In this document: positions 14,366-22,450 of the stretch, piece after piece | Layout of the letters: each line of letters starts with the position of its first letter | Position numbering within the stretch: position 1 is the stretch's first letter | Assembly (NCBI GenBank): GCA_009914755.4 | Contig: CP086569.2 | Coordinates: forward strand, 19,968,001 to 20,032,000 | Length of the DNA: 64,000 nucleotides | Direction: 5' to 3' | Source: the human T2T-CHM13v2.0 reference genome, Homo sapiens | Translations under genes and position numbers: made by a program | Notes under the pieces: generated by a model | Told to the model about the DNA's origin: nothing | The model's database searches: none | Seen by the model: only the letters and a program-made list of their open reading frames with translations

Positions 14366-14592
14366 TCACTCCCCACTCCCTTCCCCAACGCCCTGGATGA
14401 TGAAATGAGAAACGGAAATTAACATTTCAGGCAACGTCTCACATTGTTCCTTAAGGGCAAGAGCTGCTGTTGAAGCCGCCACCGCCGCCGCTTTCCTCCC
14501 AACTCCCTCCTCCGACCTGCCTACCCTCCCCCCTAATAACCCCCACACTGTTGGCCCGCATTCCAGTCCCTACTCGAACCTACGCGCGCCTC

Positions 14593-14644
14593 CAGCAACC
14601 CTGCCTTTCGCCCGCCCCCAGCAACCCTGCCTTTCGCCCGCCCC
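14593..14644. repeat. Perfect 26-bp tandem duplication containing a GC box (Sp1-like site)
   Basis: 'cagcaaccctgcctttcgcccgcccc' occurs twice back to back (14593-14618 and 14619-14644). Confidence 0.9.
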
Positions 14645-14708
14645 TTCCGGCTGGGATCCCGGCAGCTGCCTGCTCTCATTCCAGAAGAGCAATAATAATA
14701 GGAACGCT

Positions 14709-15020
14709 GGCCAGGCGCAGTGGCTCACTCCTGTAATACCAGCACTTTGGGAGGCCAAGGTGAGCGGATTACGAGGTCAGGAGATCGAGACCATCCTGGC
14801 TAACACGGTAAAACCCCGTCTTTACTAAAAATACCAAAAAAATTTAGCTAGGCATGGTGGGGGCGCCCGTAGTCCTAACTACTCGGGAGACTGAGGCAGG
14901 AGAATGGCGTGAACCCGGGAGGCGGAACTTGCAGTGAGCTGAGATCGCGCCATTGCACTGTAGCCTGAGCGACTGAGCAAGACTCCGTCTCAAAAATAAA
15001 TAAATAAATAAAATAAAAAG
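14709..15020 (+). mobile_element. AluY-like SINE inserted in the CpG-island flank, with an 18-bp TSD
   Basis: 'ggccaggcgcagtggctcac...gagatcgagaccatcctggctaacacggt...' plus a TAAA-rich tail. Direct repeats 'aataataatagg(a/g)acgct' at ~14690-14707 and ~15021-15038. Confidence 0.9.
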
Positions 15021-15109
15021 AATACTACTACTAATAATAATAGGGACGCTGAGAATAACAACTACGACCAGAACCGAACAGCGAAGGCGCCCCTGTTGTG
15101 TGTTAGAAG

Positions 15110-15440
15110 TCGGCGCCCCCCGAGTTCCGCAGCAGTCAACACCTGCCCAGGGCCCCCCTCGGCAGCCCCTCACAGCAGCCCCCGGGCTCCCAGAACCCCC
15201 AGGCGCTCCCGGAAGCCCCCAGTCGGTCCCCCACAGCCCCCTGGGGACCTTCTGCCCCGCCAGCCCCGCCCCGGAGCCCCCCGTCCGCCCCGCACAGCGG
15301 CCTCGGGTCCCCCTAACCGTCGCTCCGAGCCCCTCGAGCTCCCAAGCCCGCTTGGAGCCCCCTGTTGGCCCTTCACGACCTCCCCGAGCCCCCAAAGTCC
15401 ACCGCCCACCCCGATCCCGGCCCTCCAGGCCTGACCCAAG
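15110..15440. repeat. C-rich degenerate minisatellite (CCCC-N12-18 periodicity); the opposite strand is G-run rich
   Basis: Recurring 'gcccc(c)ag...', 'ccccgg..', 'cccct..' blocks about every 17-22 bp. Gives proline-rich pseudo-ORFs in three frames. Confidence 0.6.
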
Positions 15441-15894
15441 GCCCACACAGCAGCTCTGTCGGCTGGGAAGGCCTGCAGGCTGCAAGGCCGCGCGAATGCC
15501 CCGGGCCAGCCCCAACCACTGTCCCTAGGCCAGCGGCGTCTCTTACTGGGATTCGAAGACTGGACGGCTCCCCGGCGGCTCAGCGGCGGGGCGCGAGCGC
15601 TGCCCATGCAGCCCGTGGCGGCGTTTCCCCGGCGGCGCTACCGCAGCGGGAAGGCGGAGCAGGCTCGAGGCCTGGCCGAATTGCGGGCAGGCGGTATGCT
15701 AGCCCGCCACTCGGCTGCGCGGCACCTGTTGCGGAGGACTACTGAGGGGGCATCTGGCCGCAAGCTCACCGGAGGCGCCTCCCCAACTGAAGATCTCGGT
15801 CCATCTCAGGGTGGCCTCTGACTCTCCGACCCGGCGCTGGTGCAGGCTGCATGAGAAGCTCTGGCCCATTGTCCCCGCACCCCACACCCCTTAT

Positions 15895-16155
15895 CCGTCA
15901 CAGCCATTGGCCCGCCCCAGTTGGCCGCAGGGACTGAGCAAGTTATGCGGTCGGGAAGACGTGCGTTAAAGGGCTGAAGGGGAGGGACGGAACTGACAGT
16001 CTCTGTGACAGCTCTGAGGTGGGAGTAGGAGGACGTCGCATTGACGATTGGGCAGGGTCCTGCGTAAGGGAGCACACGACCCTGGAAGTAGCGAGCAACC
16101 GGATTGGCGGTTTCCTTCGCAAACGTCTTGCCTTCTGGGGCCTGGCAATTGGTCT
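15895..16155. promoter_or_regulatory. Core promoter motif cluster: four inverted CCAAT boxes (ATTGG) plus a GC box
   Basis: 'cagccattggcccgcccc' (~15903-15920), 'gacgattgggc' (~16043), 'ccggattggcg' (~16100), 'ggcaattggtc' (~16145). NF-Y-type sites, all in one orientation, 45-140 bp apart. Confidence 0.55.
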
Positions 16156-16734
16156 TTCCAAGTGTCGGAAGCGACGGGGATATGGTCTGGAAACATCTGG
16201 TTTTGAACATCTGGTATTGAAGCGCTGGGAGGCAAAACGTCTGCCCCGCGCGCCCATGCGGCGAGTGTCGGTCCGTGCCCCTGCTCAAGGACAGCTCGGG
16301 CCACGTGCGCCCCGGTCCCCAGAAGGCCTGGCTCCGGACTGTGCTGCCCTGGGGCGTCACTGGGCAAGGAGAGCAGTGGGTCGGCGTCGAGGGGAGGGGA
16401 CCTGGGCTTCGGAGCGGTTGCTCCGGGTGGGCACTGGCCGCGCAACCCCTCTCCCGCGCAGAGACGCTAGCTCCACCGTGAGCGGGAACGGCCCTTGGGC
16501 GGGTTGTAGCGTTGGCTCCAGATTCCCTGGGTCTCGCGCACTGAGAGCCTGAGCCGCCTGAGGGAGGCAAAGCGCCCTGGAGCCGCGTCCCCTGCCTTGC
16601 AAGTTAGTTCTCCAACACGCGAAAAGGGTAGAGAGAACTGATGCGGTGACAGAAGCATTGGGTGAAGTTCACTTGGCACCACCCAATTTCTAATTCAGCC
16701 ATATTTTTCATAGTTCTACAAACAAACGTCCAGC

Positions 16735-17705
16735 TGGGTCTGGGTGCTGTAATCCCTGCACTTTGGGAGGCCCAGGCGAGAGGCTGTATTGAAGCCAAGA
16801 GTTTGAGACCAGCCTGGGCAAAACAGCAAGACTCCATCTCTACAAAAGTTTAAAAAATTATGTAGATATGATGGTGTGTGCTGCTAGTCCCAACTACTTG
16901 GGAAGCTAAGACGAGAGGATCGCTTGAGGCCAGGAATTTGAGACCAGCCTGGACTCCATGTATAGAAATATGTATGTGTGTGTGTGTGTGTATTTAAAAA
17001 TATATATGTGTATGTGTGTGTATATGTGTGTGTTTATATGTGTGTGTATATATGTGTGTGTTTGTGTGTGTATATATATATAGATGGGTGTGATTGTGCA
17101 CACTTGTGGTCCCAGCTACTTGGGAGGCTGAGGTAGGAGAATCACTGAGCCTTGGAGGTTGAGACTCTAGTGAGCTATGACTGCACCACTGCACTTCAGC
17201 CTGGCCAACAGAGCAAGACCTTGTCTTGCTCTGTTTTCATATATATATATGCTGGGTATGGTGGCGCACACCTGTGGTCCCAGCCACTCAGGAGGCTGAG
17301 ATGGGAGGATTGGTTGAGTCCAGGAGGTCAAAGCTGCAGTAAGCCATGATTGCACCAGTGCACTCTTTCCTGGGCCACGGCAAGACTCTGTCTCTAAAAA
17401 AATAAAAGGGCACAGACACCCACAGAGGGATGACCACGTGAGGATGCATTGCTTGAGCCTGGGAAGTTGTGGCTACACTGAGCTGTGATCACGCCACTGC
17501 ACTTACCAGGCTCAAGTGATCCTCCTGCCCTAGCCTCCTAAGCAGGTGAGACCACAGTTTTGTGTCACCACTCCCGGCTAATTAATTATTTGTAGAAATG
17601 AAGTTCTAGGTTGCTCAGGCTGGTCTGAAAATCCTGGGCTCCAGTGATCCGCCTTGGCCTCCCAAAGTGCTGGGATTATAGGCATGAGCCTCTGTGCCCA
17701 GACCA
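16735..17705. repeat. Mosaic of Alu fragments on both strands separated by a (TG)n/(TATG)n/(TA)n microsatellite (16960-17095, 17237-17250)
   Basis: Alu + 16735-16960, Alu right arms + 17095-17235 and 17250-17410, Alu pieces 17440-17500 (+) and 17500-17705 (-). Between them 'tgtgtgtgtgtatatgtgtgtg...' and 'atatatatat'. Confidence 0.75.
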
Positions 17706-17777
17706 ACTGAATTCTTAATTGGTGTCTTGGTAGTTCATTAGTTAATCTGCCTCAGTTTCCTTTAAATGTTTGACCCT

Positions 17778-18090
17778 AGGCCGTGCACAGTGTCTCTGGC
17801 CTGTAATTCCAACACTTTGGAGAGAAGTGTTTGGGATACTGAGGTGGGCAGATCACCAGAGGTTAGGAGTTCCAGACCAGCCTGGCCAACATGGTGAAAC
17901 CCTGTCTCTATTAAAGATACAAAATTACCCAGGCGTAGTTGTGGGCACCTGTAATCCCAGCCACTCGGGAGGCTGAGGCAGGAGAATTCCTTGAACTCGG
18001 GAGGGAGAGGTGGGTAAGCTTCAGTTGCACCACTGCACTCCAGCCTGGGCAACGAGAGTGAAACTCTGTCTCAAAAACAAAACAAACTAA
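17778..18090 (+). mobile_element. Full-length Alu
   Basis: 'ggccgtgcacagtgtctctggcctgtaattccaacactttgg ... ctgtctcaaaaacaaaacaaac'. Confidence 0.85.
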
Positions 18091-18224
18091 AAAATACTGA
18101 GCTTGTCCTCTGGCTAAGCTCTATTAAGAAGGTTGTGTGCTGTCATCCTGTTGTACGTATTTGAGAAAAGTTCTAGATTTCACTTCTTGTCCATCTTTCA
18201 TTTGATCTTTAACAAAAAAACAAA

Positions 18225-18436
18225 TGGAGACAAGGTCTTGCTCTGTTGGCCAGGCTGAAGTGCAGTGGTGCAGTCATAGCTCACTAGAGTCTCAACCTCC
18301 AAGGCTCAGTGATTCTCCTACCTCAGCCTCCCAAGTAGCTGGGACCACAAGTGTGCACAATCAAACCCATCTAATTTTTTTTTTTTTTCACTTTTTGTAG
18401 CAGTGAAGTCTTGATCGCCTGGCTTCAAGTGAACCT
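18225..18436 (-). repeat. Alu (minus strand) whose 5' portion was split off by the HERV-W insertion; its other part is at 26000-26050
   Basis: 'gagacaaggtcttgctctgttggccaggctgaagtgcagtgg ... tttttgtagcagtgaagtcttgatcgcctggcttcaagtgaacc' ends abruptly at the LTR start. Across the provirus the sequence 'cttccagctcagcctcccaaatcacgctattacaagcatgagccact' continues the same Alu. Confidence 0.7.
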
Positions 18437-19196
18437 CTGGAGAGACAGGACTAGCTGGATTTTCTAGGCCAACTAAGAATCCCTAAGCCTAGCTGGGAAG
18501 GTGACTACATCCACCTTTAAACATGGGGCTGGCAACTTAGCTCACACCCAACCAATAAGGTAGTAAAGAGAGCTCACTAAAATGCTAATTAGGCAAAAAC
18601 AGGAGGTAAAGAAATAGCCAATCATCTATTGCCTGAGAGCACAGAGGAAGGGACAATGATCGGGATATAAACCCAGGCATTCAAGCCAGCAATGGCTACC
18701 CTCTTTGGGTCCCCTCCGTTTGTATGGGAGCTCTGTTTTCATGCTATTTTAAAGTCTTGCAACTGCACACTCTTCTGATCCATGTTTGTTACAGCTTGAG
18801 CTGAGCTTTTGCTCACCATCCAGCAATGCTCTTTGCCACCATCACAGACCCGCCACTGACTTCCATCCCTCTGGATCCAGCAGGGTGTCAGCTGTGCTCT
18901 TGATCCAGTGAGGCACCTGTTGCCACTCCCAGTTGGGCTAAAGGCTCACCATTGTTCCTGCAAGGCTAAGTGCGCGGGTTTGTCTAGTTGAGCTGAACTA
19001 GTTGAGCTGGGTTCCACAGTTCTCTTCTGTGACCCATGACTTCTAATAGAGCTGTAACACTCACAGCATGGCCCGAGATTCCTACTTGGAATGCATGAGG
19101 CCAAGAACCCCAGGTCAGAGTAGAAGAGGCTCACCACCATCTTGGAAGTGGCCCCCACCATCTTGGGAGCTCTAGAAGCAAGTCCCCCTGGCAACC
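18437..19196 (+). promoter_or_regulatory. 5' LTR (LTR17-like) of the HERV-W provirus
   Basis: 93% identical over most of its length to the 3' copy at 25249-25999. TATA 'gatataaac', 'ccaccatcttggaag' repeats in U5. Confidence 0.85.
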
Positions 19197-19199
19197 TTT

Positions 19200-19217
19200 T
19201 GGCAACCACAAAGGGAC
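19200..19217 (+). other. Primer-binding site 'tggcaaccacaaagggac', 3 nt after the 5' LTR; a major splice donor 'caGTGAGT' follows at 19224-19231
   Basis: TGG-initiated 18-mer right after LTR end '..ggcaacc ttt'. Resembles a CpG-decayed TGGCGACCACGAAGGGAC. The tRNA identity is not verifiable here. Confidence 0.55.
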
Positions 19218-19699
19218 CTCCAAAGCAGTGAGTAATATTGGACCACTTTTGCTTGCTATTCTGTCCTACCCTTCCTTAGAATTGGAGGAAAATACTGGGC
19301 ACCTGTCAGGTAGTTAAAAACGTTAGCATGGTGCTGGACTTAAGACTCAGGTATGAGGCTGTCTGGGATAGAGCTTTCTAACAATCTCAACCCTTCTTGG
19401 TCGGGAGCATTGGTCTGCCTAGAACCAGCATCCTCTTTGATTATTCCTGGGGAAGCAGAGGGCTAACTAGAGGCAGAAAGCTGTCATCCCTAACTCCCAG
19501 CATTAGCTGTTTGAGATCATGGTGCAGCCAGAAGTCTCTACTCAACAGTCGCCCATGCGTGTGCCCCCACCTTTCCTTCTGATCTATACCTCCTGGGTCC
19601 TGACCATGACTTTCTTGAAAGTGTAGCCCCAAAATTCTCCTTACTTCTGAATCTACTTCCTCCAATCCCTGCCTCCTAATTAATAATGGTTCAGACTTT

Positions 19700-21810
19700 C
19701 ATTTCCTCTAGCAAGTTGTATCTCCAAAGGGATCTAAGGAAGCTCTAAGCTGCATCCTTAGGCCCCTAGGCTATGAACCCAGAGAGTCTTTTCCCTGATA
19801 TCCCTCCCAATTTATGCATACAGCTCTCAACATGGGCAGTTATGTGGGACCCATTCCCCACTACCCTTGCCAAGGCCCCAGGTTTCTAAAGGGCTAGCAG
19901 AAAACAGAGAGACAGAGGGGAGAGAAAGAGAGAGAGGCAAAGCAAGAGTCAAAAAGAGAAAGAAAGAAGAAAGAGAAAGAAAGATAGAAGAAAAAAACAG
20001 TGTGCCCTATTCCTTTAAAAGCCAGGGTAAATTTAAAGCCTGTAATTGATAATTGAAGGTCTTCTCCAAGACCCTATAACACTCCAATACTACCTTGTTG
20101 GCATTGTAAACAAGGTCATAACCTGAAAACACTGAGACCACTGGCAACTCGTAGCCATCCTATCAAAAATCCTTAACCCAGGAACCTACAGATGGCCCAA
20201 ATGCATTCAATTTGTAGCAGTAACTACTTTGCTAACAGAAGAAAGTAGAAAAGTAACTTTTGGGCGAAACCTCTTTGTGAGCACATCTCACCATTTCAGA
20301 ATTATTCTAAGTCAAAAAAGCATAAAGGTAGCTTACTAACTCAAAAATCTTAAAGTATGGGGCTATTCTTTAGAAAAAGGTGATTTAACATTAACCACTG
20401 AAAATTCCCTTAACCCAGCAGATATCCTAACAGGGAATTTAAATCTTAATTGCCATACAAAAGTCCGACCACACCTACGAGGAACTCCCTTCAGGACAGG
20501 AGGATAGATGGTTCATCCCAGGTGATTGAGGGGGAAAAAACAAAAATACAATGGTTATTCAGTAATTGATAGGGAGACTCTTGTGGAAGCAGAGTTAGGA
20601 AAATTGCCTAATAATTGGTCTGCTCAAACGTGCTAGCTGTGTGCACTCAGCCAAACATTAAAGTACTTACAGAATCAAAAAGACTGTACCTCAATCCTGA
20701 CTCAAAAGGTTACCTACACCCTCTCTGAAATAAATTTGCGTAAGAACTGTTGTTTATAGCAATGCATATTGATGGGGCAGCTGGGTTGTTATGAAATACT
20801 CAGGAACCCAGCCCAGCTCTAGAACTCACCTATGAGTACAAAGGCAATGTTGGGCACACTTGGTAAAGGACCACTAGAATCCAGCAGCCCAGACCACTTT
20901 CTTTCTTGGTGGTCAAGAAGGGCAGGAAAACAGGTACAGTACTGCCGCATTGGTGAGCATAACTTATCCATTAAGCAGAAGTCCATTGGTGGTTACACAC
21001 CCTGGAAAAGTATAAGCATTATGACCATAGAGGACACTCTAGGACTAATGCTCATCAGAAAATGACTGGGGTGCTGATATTCCCCCCAAGGCAAACATTC
21101 CCTCCAAGGCAAAGATGCCCCAAAGATGTATTCTGGAGTATTCAGCCCAGTCAGAGAATATGTACCTGTTTCCTTGTCAGACTTGAAGAAAATTGAAATA
21201 GACCTAAGTAAATTCTCAGATAACCTTGATGGCTATGTTAATGTTTTGTAAGGGTTAGGACAATCCTTTGACCTGACATGGAGAGAAATAATGTTACTGC
21301 TAGATTGGACGCTAACCCCAAATGAGATAAGTGCCACCATAACTGCAGCCTGAGAGTTTGGCAATCTCTGCTCTCTCCATCAGGTCAATGATAGGATGAC
21401 AACAGAGGAAAGAGAACAATTCCCCACAGGCCAGCAGGCAGTTCCCAGTGTAGACCCTCAATGGGATGCAGAATCAGCAAATGTAGATTTGTGCCACAGA
21501 CATTTGCTAATTTGTGTGCTAGAAAGATTGAGAAAAACTAGGAAGAAGCCTATAAATTATTCAATGATGTCCACTATAACACAGGGAAAGGAAGAACAGC
21601 CTACTGCCTTTCTGGAGAGACTAAGAAAGCCGCTGAGGAAGCATACCTCTCTGTCACCTGACTGTGTTAAAGGCCAACTAATATTAAAGGATAACTTTAT
21701 CACTCATTCAGTTGCAGACATTAGAAAAAAACTTCAAAAGTCCACCTTTGGCCTGGAGCAAAACTTACTATACCCTATTGAACTTGGCAACCTCATTTTT
21801 TTATAATAGA
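19700..21810 (+). pseudogene. gag remnant of the HERV-W provirus (multiple stops and frameshifts)
   Basis: ORF fragments 20832-21065 and 21396-21806 ('...YSMMSTITQGKEEQPTAFLERLR...LILKDNFITHSVADIRKKLQK') are paralogous to the gag fragment of the second ERV at 44891-45118 (-). Confidence 0.6.
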
Positions 21811-22450
21811 GATCAGGAAGAGCAGGCGGCAAATTGAATGCCTAATGGGGCTTGCTTCCAGTGCAGTCTGCAAGGACACTTTAAAAAGATTGTCCAAATA
21901 GAAATAAGCCACCCCCTCATCCATGCCCCTTATGTCAAGGGAATCACTGGAAGGCCCGCTGCCCCAGGGGATGAAGGTTCTCTGAGTCAGAAGCCACTAA
22001 ACAGATGATCCAGCAGCAGGACTGAGGGTGCCCAGGGCAAGTGCCAGCCAATGCCATCACCCTCACAGAGCCCCAGGTATGCTTGACCATTGAGGGCCAG
22101 GAGGTTAACTGTCTCCTGGACACTGGCATGGACTTCTCAGTCTTACTCTTCTGTCCTGGACAACTGTCCTCCAGATCTGTCACTATCAGAAGGGTCCTAG
22201 TATAGCCAGTCACTAGATACTTCTCCCAGCCACTAAGTTGGGACTGGGGAACTTTACTTTCACATGCTTTTCTAATTATACCTGAAAGCCCCACTCCCTT
22301 ATTAGGGAGAGACATTCTAGCAGAAGCAGGGGTCATTATACACCTGAACATAGGAGAAGGAACACCTGTTTGTTTCCACCTGCATGAGGAAGGAATTAAT
22401 CCTGAAGTCTGATCAACAGAAGGACAATATGGATGAGCAAAGAATGCCTG
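21810..22450 (+). pseudogene. Protease region remnant (active-site LLDTG motif, sense frame broken)
   Basis: Sense translation around 22081-22140 gives '...NCLLDTGMDFSVL...'. No long sense ORF. Confidence 0.55.

Larger units (their letters stand above)
14460..16620. promoter_or_regulatory. CpG island, probably a TATA-less (possibly bidirectional) promoter; gene not identified; interrupted by an AluY at 14709-15020
   Basis: Sustained very high G+C and CpG density, a (CCG)n run at 14476-14492, and multiple 'cgcccgcccc' GC boxes. Composition drops sharply at both edges. No stop codons in most frames, which is composition-driven. Confidence 0.7.

Noticed and set aside
13927-14388. 153-aa minus-strand ORF rich in Cys/Val
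   Set aside because: It is the translation of the (CA)n-containing 35-bp tandem repeat ('CVCVCV...'). It is not a gene.
14844-16602. Many long overlapping ORFs (up to 254 aa) on both strands across 14844-16602
   Set aside because: These lie in the CpG island and AluY. The high GC content removes stop codons in several frames at once. The translations are low-complexity Pro/Gly/Arg/Ala-rich with no recognisable domains. I treat them as composition artefacts.
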